Shown here: piece by piece, positions 1-11,690 of the stretch | How positions within the stretch are numbered: the stretch's first letter is position 1 | How the letters are laid out: the number at the start of each line of letters is the position of its first letter | Assembly (NCBI GenBank): GCA_963758915.1 | Contig: CAVWXH010000015.1 | Coordinates: 64,001-128,000, forward strand | Source of the DNA: an uncultured Methanomicrobiales archaeon | GTDB lineage: Archaea > Halobacteriota > Methanomicrobia > Methanomicrobiales > Methanospirillaceae | Length of the DNA: 64,000 nucleotides | Reading direction: 5' to 3' | Position numbers and translations under genes: made by a program | Notes under the pieces: model-generated | Seen by the model: only the letters and a program-made list of their open reading frames with translations | What the model was told of the DNA's origin: nothing | Databases searched by the model: none

Positions 1-275
1 CCGACAATAGGAACAATAACCGATGCGAATACGAGGAACGCAAGGAATTCTGTCGAAGGGTTCAGGAGTTCGAAAGCAAATGCCAGGAGGGCACTGACTG
101 CCAGGATTATAAGGTTGTTACCTACAAAGTCTGCCAGTCCTTTTTTGTCTCTGACCTTTTTTTCATCATAACCTGCGATGATATCGACCCTTCCCTTGTA
201 TTTGATCATGTAGGCAAGGACTGCAAAAAGGACAATGAAAAATTCAGTCATTCCGAGGATCAGTATATTCGTCAT
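1..275 (-). CDS. Small membrane protein, DUF3784-like (3' end outside window)
   Basis: Manual translation from ATG at 275: MTNILILGMTEFFIVLFAVLAYMIKYKGRVDIIAGYDEKKVRDKKGLADFVGNNLIILA...; TM helix, IAGY motif, further TM helices. Confidence 0.65.
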   Translation of the reverse strand, partial: MTNILILGMTEFFIVLFAVLAYMIKYKGRVDIIAGYDEKKVRDKKGLADFVGNNLIILAVSALLAFAFELLNPSTEFLAFLVFASVIVPIV

Positions 276-408
276 TCCGGCACCCCATTTTATCTAGTAT
301 TGTTCCTGCATGACGTATTAGCTTCTCCTTTGAAGACCAGTGGATTCTCTTTCCCGCCTGCTAACTACGGGGACATATAAATAGTCCTTTCTCCCCATTT
401 GGCACTAT

Positions 409-2154
409 ATGACAGTACAACCGGAGGCCCCGCCCTCCACTGCAGTAACCCCCGTCATACACCAGCATGACCTCATCATTATCGGGGGAGGCCTTGCAGG
501 CCTCCGTGCTGCATATGAAGCGGTTTCTGCAGGGATCAACGTTGCGGTCATCTCAAAGGTCCATCCACTCAGGTCCCATTCAGTCGCTGCACAGGGAGGG
601 ATCAATGCAGCCCTCGGGAATGCCGATACGACAACCCATGACAGCTGGGAGGCCCATGCCTTTGACACAGTGAAAGGGTCTGATTACCTCGCAGACCAGG
701 ACGCAGTAGCCACCATGTGCAGGGAGGCACCGGCAGCCGTAATTGAACTTGAACACATGGGTACGGTGTTCTCACGGGATGATGCAGGTCGTATTGCACA
801 GAGACCGTTCGGGGGTGCGGGATACCCGAGGACCTGTTATGCAGCTGACAGGACAGGTCATAACCTCCTCCACACGCTCTACCAGCAGGTCACTGCAAAG
901 GGGGTCACTTGTTACGGGGAATATTTTGTCACCTCGCTGGTCACAGCCGGGGGTGCCTGTGCAGGGTGTACTGCCCTCTGCATGCAGGACGGGACTATTG
1001 TCGGGTTTTTTGCAAAGGCCACATTGCTTGCCACCGGGGGATTCGGGCGAATTTACGAGCGTTCAACCAATGCGCTCATCAACACCGGCGACGGACTGCA
1101 TCTCGCACTTGAAGCAGCAGTCCCCTTAAAAGACATGGAGTTTGTTCAGTTCCACCCGACATCCCTGTACGGTACCAATATCCTGATCACGGAAGGCGCA
1201 AGGGGTGAGGGCGCAGTCCTGTTGAACAAAAACGGGGAGCGTTTTATGAAAAATTACGCACCGGGTGCAATGGAACTTGCCCCACGGGACGTCGTCGCCC
1301 GGGCAATAGAGACTGAGATCCGGGAGGGGAGGGGGTTTCCCGGGGGATTTGTTCACCTTGACCTGACATCGCTTGGCGAACCATTAATTAATGAGCGTCT
1401 GCCGGGTATCCGCCAGATTTCCCTTGATTTCGCTGGAATTGATCCGGTCACCACGCCAGTACCGGTCCAACCCGCCCAGCACTATTCAATGGGGGGTGTT
1501 GATGTCGATATATCGGGGAGGACACCGTTACCGGGACTTTATGCTGCCGGGGAATGTGCATGTGTCAGTGTCCACGGGGCGAACAGGCTTGGGGGAAATT
1601 CCCTGCTTGATACCCTGGTATTTGGGAAAATCACCGCAGAGACCATCATTGGTGACCTCCCGGACCTGGATCCCGGGGGGGTCTCTCTCATCGAAAAAGC
1701 GGTTGCAGATGAGGGGCACCGGATTATCAGCAGTTTTCACCGCGGGTCAGGGGACAATATATACCAGATCCGTAACGCTCTCAAAAAAACGATGATGGAC
1801 AATTTCGGAGTATACAGGGACGGCCCTTCAATGGATGCGGGTCTTATCGAAATACTTTCACTCAGGGACCGTTGTCACCAGGCAGGTGTACCGCTCATGC
1901 AAACCCCCTATAATCTCCCGCTGGTCCATTTCCTCGAAATCACCGGCATGGTCCGGATCGCAGAAGCTGTCGCCAGGTGCGCAATTGCCCGGAATGAAAG
2001 CAGGGGTTCGCACGCAAGGAGAGATTACCCTGTACGGGACGACGATCATTTCCTCCATCATTCTCTTGCGGTACCAGACGGGGTGGGTAACCTGAAAGTC
2101 CGGATTAGTCCTGTAAACCTTGGTATGTTCCCTGTGAAGGAGCGTGTGTATTGA
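409..2154 (+). CDS. sdhA: Succinate dehydrogenase/fumarate reductase flavoprotein subunit
   Basis: GGGLAG FAD fold, [10 protein letters not shown] (covalent-FAD His), [42 protein letters not shown]. Confidence 0.93.
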   Translation: MTVQPEAPPSTAVTPVIHQHDLIIIGGGLAGLRAAYEAVSAGINVAVISKVHPLRSHSVAAQGGINAALGNADTTTHDSWEAHAFDTVKGSDYLADQDAVATMCREAPAAVIELEHMGTVFSRDDAGRIAQRPFGGAGYPRTCYAADRTGHNLLHTLYQQVTAKGVTCYGEYFVTSLVTAGGACAGCTALCMQDGTIVGFFAKATLLATGGFGRIYERSTNALINTGDGLHLALEAAVPLKDMEFVQFHPTSLYGTNILITEGARGEGAVLLNKNGERFMKNYAPGAMELAPRDVVARAIETEIREGRGFPGGFVHLDLTSLGEPLINERLPGIRQISLDFAGIDPVTTPVPVQPAQHYSMGGVDVDISGRTPLPGLYAAGECACVSVHGANRLGGNSLLDTLVFGKITAETIIGDLPDLDPGGVSLIEKAVADEGHRIISSFHRGSGDNIYQIRNALKKTMMDNFGVYRDGPSMDAGLIEILSLRDRCHQAGVPLMQTPYNLPLVHFLEITGMVRIAEAVARCAIARNESRGSHARRDYPVRDDDHFLHHSLAVPDGVGNLKVRISPVNLGMFPVKERVY

Positions 2155-2963
2155 TGAAATTCCGCGTGTTCCGGTATACCCCGGGGGATAACGCCCCACA
2201 TTATGATGTATTTGAAACCCTTGAGATCCCGGGAATGAGCGTCCTCGCAGCACTCACTACCATCCAGGAGCAACAGGACCAGGGGTTATCATTTCGTTCA
2301 TCCTGCCGGGGTGCCGTATGCGGGGCCTGTGCCATGTTAATCAACAAGGTACCCCGGCTTGCCTGCCGAACCCAGGTTACCGGGCTGGAAGATAACAAAA
2401 ATCATGTTCCCCTGTCACCCTATCAAGCCCTTGAAGTAACAACACCATGGGATCCTGCTACCGAGGTCCTTGTCGAACCACTGCCACACCTGCCCCTGTT
2501 AAAAGACCTCGTTGTTGATATGACAGCATTTTTTAATTTCGTGCAATCTGTGGAGCCGGTATTTCACGCAGGGGAACCACTCCCGGGGAAGGAATTCCGT
2601 ATGGAACGGGATGCGGTGAGGCAACTTGAACGGTTTACAAACTGTGTGCTCTGCGGTGCCTGTTTTGGTGCATGCCCGGTAAACAGCAGGAACCCTGAGT
2701 ACCCCGGCCCTGCTGCACTTGCCACCCTGTACCGGTTCCATATTGACCCGAGGGAACATGACCCCGGTTCACGGATTCTGGCAGCAGATTCCGAATCCGG
2801 GTGGTGGGCATGTGAGTTCCATACCAATTGCACCCGTGTCTGCCCAAAAGGGGTTCCTCCAAGCGTTGCGATTGGCCGGGCGAGAAATGAACTAAAACGG
2901 AAGAGACATGAACAGGCAACAAGGGACCAGGGAGATAACGGTCCCCATGATACTGCACGTTGA
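2151..2963 (+). CDS. sdhB: Succinate dehydrogenase/fumarate reductase iron-sulfur subunit
   Basis: [14 protein letters not shown] [2Fe-2S], [12 protein letters not shown] [4Fe-4S], [12 protein letters not shown] [3Fe-4S]; overlaps sdhA stop. Confidence 0.92.
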   Translation: MMKFRVFRYTPGDNAPHYDVFETLEIPGMSVLAALTTIQEQQDQGLSFRSSCRGAVCGACAMLINKVPRLACRTQVTGLEDNKNHVPLSPYQALEVTTPWDPATEVLVEPLPHLPLLKDLVVDMTAFFNFVQSVEPVFHAGEPLPGKEFRMERDAVRQLERFTNCVLCGACFGACPVNSRNPEYPGPAALATLYRFHIDPREHDPGSRILAADSESGWWACEFHTNCTRVCPKGVPPSVAIGRARNELKRKRHEQATRDQGDNGPHDTAR

Positions 2964-3116
2964 TCCATCAGTCGGGCCCGGGATAATTCGTAATCCTGAA
3001 AGGCAACCCACCAGGGGTTGATATTCCTGGTCTTTGGAACGGACCGCCCGCTTATCAGAATTTAAATGGTCATCTGATTAACCAGTGGTTTCCTCTGGTT
3101 CAATCGTAAAAATAAT

Positions 3117-4469
3117 TCATCGCGGTATGAATTGCAGCCAGTCCGGGCCATCCGGACCAGTGTACCCTGGGAGAAACCGGTTAATCCAGTCAAAGAAAGC
3201 CCGCACCTGTTCATCCGCGACAGCCGGACGATAGTAGGTTGAACTGAGGGTCATGGTATCCTGGTATGTTGAAATGGAAAGAAAAAAAGCCGGAGACGGG
3301 GCATGGCACGGCAGCATGCAGGCATTTCTGACACACGGGGTGCAATGGTTTGTCAGGCCCAGGTCGATAATCCCGGTGTTAGTAACAATCGGGATCTGGT
3401 TTACATAATTTTCCGGGTCCCTGATCCGGTTGCGCAGTGTCTCCCGGGCGGCAGAAACACCGGATTGCCATAATAGTTCGGCATCAAGCGCATCTTTCAT
3501 TCCCGGGAAGTCATTCTTTTTGTTTTCCATTATTTCGTGGACAGCACGACACAGGCAGGATAACGTATCGTTCTGTTTTACCGGGATCCTGACTTCGAAT
3601 GCCGTCGAATAGTTTAGTACCGATCTCCCTGGGACCGGGTAGTACCGTCTCAGGTCAATCGTAGTAAGGAAGGAACATTCTGCCTGATCAATTCCATTCT
3701 CCATGTGTTTACAGGCCATGGCAACAACCGCAAGCAGGAGATCATTCACGGTTACCCCGAGTTCCTTACGTTTTGCATGAATGGATCTGACTCTTGGACC
3801 TGGAATTGTCATCACCGCATATGCAGGCCGGTGATCCTCGTAGGATTGTACCGGAAATCTCCACCGTTCTGTTCCTGATGAGGTTTCATCCGGCCCGGAT
3901 GGTAGATCTCCGGATGGCAGGAGCGTGGAGATCAATGGCAAATCACAGGTTAAGACACGTTTTCTACCTGTGATGGAAGAGGGGTCTTCCGGGGAGCGGT
4001 GGTACAATGCCATGATCAGCCCTGCAATATCTTTCAGTCCCCGGCCATCCATTGCAACATGACAGGCATTGATTACCAGGACGTCTCCCATTGTCTCAAT
4101 GGCCCGTATTAGGAAGACTTTAATCTGCGGACCTTCACGGGGATCGATATGTTCCGACAGGGCCTGGGAAATTGCTGAATCCAGCCCTTTTTTTTCTATA
4201 AAAGAGAAGTAATCACCAGGACAGGCAGATGTACCCAGTTCCCACCAGAGCGTGTCGTGCATCTCCACCAGCCTGCTGCTACAGACAGGTTCTGCAGTAA
4301 TTGCACCCATAATCGCCTGCTGCATCTTATTCTGGTCTAATTTCCCGTCAAAATACAGGAGCATGTGGATGACCTGGTCCGAATGTGCCCGTAAGAGTTC
4401 AGAAAAGAGATCGTAAGGGTTGACCTGTTTCCAGGGGCTTTCCTGTTGAAAATTATTCTGTGTGTCCAT
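3117..4469 (-). CDS. Stand-alone condensation-domain / CoA-dependent acyltransferase-fold protein
   Basis: CHVAMDGRG (HxxxDG motif), LGVTVNDLLLA and IDLRRY motifs typical of NRPS C-domain/WS-DGAT/AATase folds; 450 aa. Confidence 0.75.
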   Translation of the reverse strand: MDTQNNFQQESPWKQVNPYDLFSELLRAHSDQVIHMLLYFDGKLDQNKMQQAIMGAITAEPVCSSRLVEMHDTLWWELGTSACPGDYFSFIEKKGLDSAISQALSEHIDPREGPQIKVFLIRAIETMGDVLVINACHVAMDGRGLKDIAGLIMALYHRSPEDPSSITGRKRVLTCDLPLISTLLPSGDLPSGPDETSSGTERWRFPVQSYEDHRPAYAVMTIPGPRVRSIHAKRKELGVTVNDLLLAVVAMACKHMENGIDQAECSFLTTIDLRRYYPVPGRSVLNYSTAFEVRIPVKQNDTLSCLCRAVHEIMENKKNDFPGMKDALDAELLWQSGVSAARETLRNRIRDPENYVNQIPIVTNTGIIDLGLTNHCTPCVRNACMLPCHAPSPAFFLSISTYQDTMTLSSTYYRPAVADEQVRAFFDWINRFLPGYTGPDGPDWLQFIPR

Positions 4470-4477
4470 TTCTGCAA

Positions 4478-5683
4478 TCAGTCATGCCTGAGAGCCTCAA
4501 TCGGGTTTAAATTTGCGGCCTTTGCAGCCGGGTACAGGCCCGATAGAAGACATACACCAATACCTATCGCCATGCCATACGGCACATACAGGAGACTGGC
4601 AGGGGTGAAGAAATAATTCGTTGTCCCAATCAGCCGGACAAGGAGGTAACCACCGATAAAACTAATCAGTCCACCTATAACGGCTCCGATAGAGCCGATG
4701 ATAAATGACTCGTAAATAAACATTTTCCGTATTTCTGCCTTGGTAGTCCCGATACTTCTCAGTACACCGATCTCATTGATCCGGTCTTTGACAGACATCA
4801 TCATGACATTAAAAATACTCACCGATGCCACGAGCAGTGAAATCCCACCAAGCAGGAGGATGAATGTACTTATCTGACCGATTGTGGAATTGATAGTCAC
4901 GAGCAATGCACCCGAATCAGTAATACTGACAACCTTGACTTTTCTATTCATCTTTTTATCTATTGCTTCCTTTATAGGGGGAATATCCTTGATCGACGGG
5001 ACCAGGATATTGACCTGCTGATATTCACCCTGGTTTCCATAAACGGACGTATACCAATGATCAGGTGCGATTATCGCATTGTCAGGCATGAGATCAATAC
5101 CAAAACCCTTTGGTTCCAGGATACCCACCACCCTGACCACCTCGTTCGTCCCGGTTGACTCATCCCCTACCTTTATCCGGGTACCCACCTTGATGTCCTG
5201 GTCTTTCGCAAGCGTCGACCCGATAAGGACGCCGCTTGATGCCCCACGTAACGAGCTTCCCTCTGCAATCTCAACGAAATCTGATACTTTCTCGGGATCA
5301 AGGCCATAGATGGTAACACGCTTTTTGTCTTTTGTCCCGACCTGGACAAGATCTGACCCCGAATGAATGGGAACGACAACATTATACCCTGCAGCCTGTT
5401 CGATCTCCCTCACCTGGTTATCGGATATGAGAAGGCTCGTCGTGCCTCCCGAAGGAGGACCAAACCCCCCCCGGGAACCGGTGTCAGGAGTTATAATTAT
5501 TGAATTTGCACTGCTAGAAAGGTTGGACGAGACCGCAAGCTGGATATTAGCCCCAAGAATTCCCATTGCGGTAATTGCGACGACCCCAATGATAATTCCA
5601 AGGGCCGCAAGAAGCGATCGGGAGAAATTGAGCCTGACATTCCTGCTGGCAAGCTGGAAGAAAACATTTTTCCTATCTTTCAT
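4478..5683 (-). CDS. ABC transporter permease, MacB/FtsX family
   Basis: RSLLAALGIIIGV N-terminal TM, large extracellular domain, SVKDRINEIGVLRSIG, YPAAKAANLNPIEALR. Confidence 0.92.
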   Translation of the reverse strand: MKDRKNVFFQLASRNVRLNFSRSLLAALGIIIGVVAITAMGILGANIQLAVSSNLSSSANSIIITPDTGSRGGFGPPSGGTTSLLISDNQVREIEQAAGYNVVVPIHSGSDLVQVGTKDKKRVTIYGLDPEKVSDFVEIAEGSSLRGASSGVLIGSTLAKDQDIKVGTRIKVGDESTGTNEVVRVVGILEPKGFGIDLMPDNAIIAPDHWYTSVYGNQGEYQQVNILVPSIKDIPPIKEAIDKKMNRKVKVVSITDSGALLVTINSTIGQISTFILLLGGISLLVASVSIFNVMMMSVKDRINEIGVLRSIGTTKAEIRKMFIYESFIIGSIGAVIGGLISFIGGYLLVRLIGTTNYFFTPASLLYVPYGMAIGIGVCLLSGLYPAAKAANLNPIEALRHD

Positions 5684-6372
5684 GCCGCCACTCTGCCGTC
5701 AATAATATTGATTATCCTGTGCGCAGAACGGGCGATATTGGGGTCATGGGTGACCATTACGATTGTCCGGCCCTGCTCATTAAGACCTGTCAGAATATCC
5801 ATTATCTGGGCCCCGGTAACTGAGTCGAGATTTCCCGTTGGTTCATCGCAAAGGAGCAGCGCCGGGTCATTGACAAGGGCCCGGGCTATTGCCACACGTT
5901 GCTGCTGCCCACCTGAAAGCTCACTTGGTTTATGGGTCATGAGATCGTCGCCAAGCCCGACCATCTTCATCATTTGTTCAGTCTTCCCTTCATCGTCCAT
6001 ATGACCCTGCTTCAGGATTATCGGGTATTCTGCATTTTCATACGCTGTTAGTAACGATATTAAGTTAAATTTCTGGAAAATAAACCCGATTTCATCCCTG
6101 CGTAAGAAGGTCAGTTCGTCATCAGACATGTCTTTTACATTGCGCCCGGCGAGGATCAGATCTCCTGAGGTCGGGACGTCCAGGCAACCGATCAGGTTGA
6201 GAAGGGTTGATTTTCCTGAACCCGATGGCCCCATGATGGCAACAAATTCACCTTTATTAATGTCAAACGATACCCCCTGGAGTGCAGTAACATCCCCGGC
6301 CTTGAGCTTGTAGACCTTCCTGACATCTACCAGTCGGATTACAGGTGCATCTGAAATAGAAATTCCCCTCAC
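5680..6372 (-). CDS. ABC transporter ATP-binding protein, LolD/MacB family
   Basis: GPSGSGKST, LSGGQQQRV, LCDEPTGNLD, VTHD; start is GTG 6372 or ATT 6357, not 6447. Confidence 0.93.
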   Translation of the reverse strand: MRGISISDAPVIRLVDVRKVYKLKAGDVTALQGVSFDINKGEFVAIMGPSGSGKSTLLNLIGCLDVPTSGDLILAGRNVKDMSDDELTFLRRDEIGFIFQKFNLISLLTAYENAEYPIILKQGHMDDEGKTEQMMKMVGLGDDLMTHKPSELSGGQQQRVAIARALVNDPALLLCDEPTGNLDSVTGAQIMDILTGLNEQGRTIVMVTHDPNIARSAHRIINIIDGRVAA

Positions 6373-7583
6373 TGTTTTCTTCTTTTCGTGTACTGGTATC
6401 CGATCACAAATACGACTATGACAGCAATAATGCCAACAATTATCCATGGGATATACGACATTGAGCTGCTACTTTTTGGGGTCCTGGCCATCGAAATGTC
6501 AGCCACAGTGCTACGGCTGTAAATATTGCCATCCTGGTCTTTGTAGCTCACGATAACGGGAACTTCATCCGGGCTTTCAGGACTGACTGTCAGCTCGAAA
6601 CTGGAGAAATCGTCCGGCTTCAGTAAGCCTACTGCATAGACCTTAAACGGATCCACCGGAATTGCCGGACTGCCAGCAGTGACTGTCACTGATTTCGCAT
6701 CCTGGAGACCTGAATTTGTCACATCTCCGGTAATCCGGATATGGTTTCCGTCGGGTGAAGAAACAATATTGCTGATAACAGGGTCCGCCTGTGTTTTATC
6801 GTTATTAAACCGGATCGGGAGAATAAGTCCGACCTGGTGCGTGTTTGGTCCGTTCAGGTAAACCGCTTCAAAGTCGATATCGGCCGGACTTTTCGGGGTA
6901 ATGCTGAACGGGAGCTTAACAGTCTGACCGGGGTCCAGCGAATTTATCACAATGTTCTGGGGTATGATCTCAATATCAGATGCATTTGGGGAGACGATAA
7001 CATTTTTTATCGCATTCGTACGTAGATTGCTCAATGATAATGTAACAACACTTTTTTTCCCGGCAACAAACGTATCCGGCTTATCAGTTAGGGAAAGGAC
7101 TACAGGCGAATTTTTCACCTCCATTTTTACCGGATAGCGCAGGAATCCGGTATCCTGGAATTCCAGGGAGAATACCGGGTAATAAATACCTTCAGGAACG
7201 TCTGCTTTCACCGTGAAGGTAAAAGGTATTTTATTTCCGGCTCCAATCGACCCGACACTGTCATAGGTGGTAGTGGATAACAGCGTGATATCCCTGTCGT
7301 AAAGAGTTGCCCGGCGGATAGTAACACTCTGCGTCCCGGTATTCTGGACTACAACAGTTATGGTGCCTTCATCCCCGGTTGCGAATGTTCCGGGGTTAAC
7401 GGATACATCACTCACGGTCACCTGGGTATATGCAGGGGAAAGGGATGCGGCGGTCGATCCTGATGTATCAGTTGGGGCTGCCAGGGCTGTAAATGCCATT
7501 GCAGAAACAAGAATCAGGGCTATAGAGATTTTTAGCAGGAGTCTCCTTTCATATGAAAGTGATTCCCTGGATGTGGTTTTCAT
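6369..7583 (-). CDS. COG1361 S-layer-domain / Ig-like extracellular protein with C-terminal TM anchor
   Basis: Signal peptide, repeated beta-sandwich motifs (V.N.G), C-terminal TM plus basic tail KRRKQ; operonic with ABC genes. Confidence 0.8.
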   Translation of the reverse strand: MKTTSRESLSYERRLLLKISIALILVSAMAFTALAAPTDTSGSTAASLSPAYTQVTVSDVSVNPGTFATGDEGTITVVVQNTGTQSVTIRRATLYDRDITLLSTTTYDSVGSIGAGNKIPFTFTVKADVPEGIYYPVFSLEFQDTGFLRYPVKMEVKNSPVVLSLTDKPDTFVAGKKSVVTLSLSNLRTNAIKNVIVSPNASDIEIIPQNIVINSLDPGQTVKLPFSITPKSPADIDFEAVYLNGPNTHQVGLILPIRFNNDKTQADPVISNIVSSPDGNHIRITGDVTNSGLQDAKSVTVTAGSPAIPVDPFKVYAVGLLKPDDFSSFELTVSPESPDEVPVIVSYKDQDGNIYSRSTVADISMARTPKSSSSMSYIPWIIVGIIAVIVVFVIGYQYTKRRKQ

Positions 7584-8266
7584 TAGTATCCTCCTGGGGC
7601 AGAAAGGCCCACAAATGTCATGAACAGGGTATAGATGATGTAGACAATAACCGGGAGCAGAACGGTAACTGCTGCATGTTTTATCGAAAGATTCCTGGCA
7701 TATTTAATCGCGTGAATCCAGATACTCGCACTCCAGATTAGGAAGATTATTGCGATTACCGCACTTACTTTCGTGAATTCTATCATTGCCGAATCGTGCA
7801 TCAGGTGAGAGACCGCATTTTGGATAATCACCGGGTCCTGAAACGAGTTGACGACCGGGACCTGGATCATAGGAAGGTAATAAACCGCCATAATCAGTGT
7901 TACCAGGCTGCCAAAAATCTGGGGTATAAACCCGTAGCCGACAAATTCAAGGGTCCTGTTAAAAACCCCTGTACCTTTGAAGGCCATCGAAATAAGGTAA
8001 AAAACTGCTGACCCGATTAACCAGAGTAGCATCACACCGATGAAGGGCCCAACCACCGACGATACGGCAACAATCTCGCTCATTCCGGCACCTGCAGAGG
8101 CAAACATCCTGCTTGTCAGGGAGCCGACCATGTATCCGTATAAGGCACTGATTATTCCTACCACTGCAACAAACAGGAAGGGTGTTTTTAAGTCTTCTTC
8201 GGACTTGCTTTTTTCCTGGAATAATGCATCGGGCCGGGTTACCACGTCAATAATATTCTGAATCAT
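7583..8266 (-). CDS. Yip1 domain membrane protein
   Basis: RPDALF, KGTGVFNRTLEFVGYGFIP, multiple TM helices; likely start ATG 8266. Confidence 0.8.
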   Translation of the reverse strand: MIQNIIDVVTRPDALFQEKSKSEEDLKTPFLFVAVVGIISALYGYMVGSLTSRMFASAGAGMSEIVAVSSVVGPFIGVMLLWLIGSAVFYLISMAFKGTGVFNRTLEFVGYGFIPQIFGSLVTLIMAVYYLPMIQVPVVNSFQDPVIIQNAVSHLMHDSAMIEFTKVSAVIAIIFLIWSASIWIHAIKYARNLSIKHAAVTVLLPVIVYIIYTLFMTFVGLSAPGGY

Positions 8267-8433
8267 AAATACCAGATTATCTACATAGCTCATACATATA
8301 GGTATATAAAAGTAGGGAATGTGTTGTTTTTTTTGCGACAAACCAATAAAACGAATAAGCAATTATGTAAAAAATTGGTACTAAAAGGAATTTTCCATTG
8401 TCACTGGAGGACCTGTCCACAAAAAAAATATTA

Positions 8434-9570
8434 TCAGGTTACTGATGCCCGGATACGATGTACTGCCTTGCCGAGCTGGGCCATCGATGTCGCATATGAT
8501 AACCGTTCCCACCCGGGGGTATTGAAGGCCGTACCCGGGGTCACTGCAACATGCAGATTTTTCAGCCAGTTCTCTGCAAGTTCCATATCATCACCTTCCA
8601 CGCGGATATAGGCATAAAAAGCCCCATCTGCAGGAGCAGACTCAAATCCCATCTGTGAGAGCTCCTTCATCAGGTAATCGCGGCGCCTTGCAAATTCCTG
8701 TCTCATCATTTCAACGCATGACTGGTCACCCTTAATCGCTGCAAGCCCGCCCCACATGGCGAAACTCGTAGGGTGACTGATCGTGTGCTGCTGGACAATG
8801 GACATCCGGTTGAGAATTTCTGGTGGTGCTACTGCATAACCGAGGCGCCACCCGGTCATTGCATAGGCTTTCGAAAAACCATTCACCGTTATTGTCCGTT
8901 GGGCCATATCCCCGACCGAGGCAAGCGATACATGCTCCTTTCCGTACAATAATTTCTCATAAATTTCATCGGATAATGCGATAAGGTCGTAATCTTCACA
9001 GGTGTCCGCGATCAGACGTAGTGAACCTTTGTCAAGAACGGAACCAGACGGGTTGGACGGGGAATTGATGACGATCATCCGGGTATGGGAGGTAATCCTG
9101 TCAACCAGGGAGTCATCGACCTGGAATGTCCGCATATTCAACGGGTGGTGGACAGGTCTGCCACCTGCAATCTGCACACATGGCTCGTAACTGACCCATG
9201 AAGGGTCGAGGATTATTGCTTCATCACCACGGTCAAGGACTGCCTCCATGGCTTCGTATATAGCGTCTTTGGCACCACAGGTAACAATAACGTCCTCTTT
9301 TCTGCAGGGAACGTGGTTCTCCTTCTCAATCTTCGATGCAATTGCCTGGTTCAGTTCGGGGAGGCCATTACTTGGGGCATAGTGGGTCTCACCTCTCCGG
9401 AGGGCATTGATGCAGGCCTCTTTTATATGGTCGGGGGTATCGAAATCAGGTTCCCCGATTGAGAGGCTGATAACATCGATCCCGGCAGACTGCATCTTCT
9501 TGGCTTCATTCGAGATTGCCATCGTGGCCGATGGGGCAATGCCGGCTATCTTGCCGGATAATTCCCTCAT
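8434..9570 (-). CDS. PLP-dependent aminotransferase class I/II (aspartate aminotransferase-like)
   Basis: [35 protein letters not shown]. Confidence 0.92.
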   Translation of the reverse strand: MRELSGKIAGIAPSATMAISNEAKKMQSAGIDVISLSIGEPDFDTPDHIKEACINALRRGETHYAPSNGLPELNQAIASKIEKENHVPCRKEDVIVTCGAKDAIYEAMEAVLDRGDEAIILDPSWVSYEPCVQIAGGRPVHHPLNMRTFQVDDSLVDRITSHTRMIVINSPSNPSGSVLDKGSLRLIADTCEDYDLIALSDEIYEKLLYGKEHVSLASVGDMAQRTITVNGFSKAYAMTGWRLGYAVAPPEILNRMSIVQQHTISHPTSFAMWGGLAAIKGDQSCVEMMRQEFARRRDYLMKELSQMGFESAPADGAFYAYIRVEGDDMELAENWLKNLHVAVTPGTAFNTPGWERLSYATSMAQLGKAVHRIRASVT

Positions 9571-9983
9571 TTCAATCTCTGGACCAGTTTGATTGCGGAT
9601 TCAACGGCTCTTTTTGCATAATCGATACGGTCATTCGCCTCGAGCCTCGTCATTCCTGGCCCGGATATACCGAGAGTTACGGGTTTTCCGAATTCAAGTG
9701 AAAGGTCGATGATCTTTCTCGCCGCGTGCTGCACAACAATCTCGTCATGCTGGGTGGACCCTTCAATCACACAACCAATCGTGACCACCGCATCGACATT
9801 TCCATCCTTCAACATCTTCTTGATGGCAAGCGGCATGTCATATGCCCCGGGGACATAGATGCATTCCGATACCTCAGCCCCAAGGAACGCGGCGTGTTCC
9901 CTGCCCTCGATCTCCATCATGTAGGTGATGTCGCGGTTGAATTCTGCGACCACAAATCCGAGTTTTATCGCCTTTTGTGCCAT
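9567..9983 (-). CDS. ribH: 6,7-dimethyl-8-ribityllumazine synthase
   Basis: [34 protein letters not shown]. Confidence 0.93.
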   Translation of the reverse strand: MAQKAIKLGFVVAEFNRDITYMMEIEGREHAAFLGAEVSECIYVPGAYDMPLAIKKMLKDGNVDAVVTIGCVIEGSTQHDEIVVQHAARKIIDLSLEFGKPVTLGISGPGMTRLEANDRIDYAKRAVESAIKLVQRLK

Positions 9984-10043
9984 ATACTTCCTCAGCTATT
10001 GTATCTTTACTGATTATTCATAAACTGTCCCAACCCGTATATC

Positions 10044-10502
<459 letters not shown>

Positions 10503-10506
<4 letters not shown>

Positions 10507-11633
10507 CCGAGCACCTCGCAGGCGGCCTGCAGGCCGTTGCCTTCTATCTTATAACCCTGTTTCCTGAGCGCATGTTCGGTTGCGGCAAGAGTCGCAAGGA
10601 TTTCCGGTGCACCTACCGAACCCATGTTACCAATGCGGAATATCTTCCCTTTCAGGTGGTCCTGTCCACCAGCCATCTCGATCCCCATTTTCTTCACTGT
10701 TCCACGGAGATCGCTATCTTTTACGGATTCCGGTATGGTGATCGCGGTCACCGTGTTGGAATACGAATGAAGATTATCGACCTTCGGGAACAAGGCCAGG
10801 CCCCAGGCCTTTGCTGCTGCCCTTACTGCCTCTGAGAGCCTCTTGTGGCGCAGTACCCGGTTATTGAGCCCTTCCTCATCAATAATCAGGCATGCTTCCC
10901 TGAGCGCAAGGAACAGTGGGACCGCCGGCGTGTACGGGGTTTCCATCGGTGTTGATCCCGCACTTTTCCTGTATGCTGCGAGATCAAGGTAATAGGGGGG
11001 ATTCTTTGTGTACCGTTCCCAGGCACGGTTACTGACCGAAATCGCAGATAATCCTGCCGGTGCGGCAAGACATTTCTGAGACCCTACCAGTGCTACGTCA
11101 ACACCCCATGCATCCGACTCGACTGTGTCGCCTCCAATCGAGGTGATCCCATCCATGAGGAACAGGGCATCATATTTTCTTGCCAGTTTCCCTACCGCTT
11201 CGGCCGGGTTCAGTATACCAACCGAAGTTTCATTGTGTACAAGGGTGACGATCTCGGCACCGGCGCTCAGCCGCTCTTCAAGGGCAGCGAGGTCAAGTGG
11301 GGACCCCCATGGCGAACCGATTTCCGTGGCCTTCCCGTACCTTCCGGCAATTTTAAACAGGCGTTCACCGAATTTGCCGTTAACCAGGCAGGCAATTTCC
11401 TTGTCTATGCCAAAGTTGGATACGGCTGCCTCCATCGCCGCCGTGCCGGAGCCACTGATCACAAAGAGTTCGTTTTTTGTTCCGAAGCAGGTCTTAAGGA
11501 CCCGGGCACAGTCTGCATAGACCTGCCCGAATTCGGCCCCCCGGTGGTTGATGGCCTGGCGCATCATCGCATACCTGACCCGTTCCGGCATGGGAACAGG
11601 ACCCGGCAGCATCAGGAGTGGTTCTTTTTCCAT
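10503..11633 (-). CDS. Class V PLP aminotransferase (serine-pyruvate/alanine-glyoxylate family)
   Basis: LLMLPGP, SGSGTAAME, VHNETSVG, GSQKCLAAPAG, FRIGNMG. Confidence 0.9.
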
Positions 11634-11690
11634 TCGTTAATCAGCCCATAGTATATTAATAGAGACAAAATATAAGTTTTGATGGGATTT

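Noticed and set aside
2964-3116. Additional MITE-like copy in the sdhB/condensation-gene convergent gap
   Set aside because: Only short generic hairpins; none of the family's termini or core motifs.
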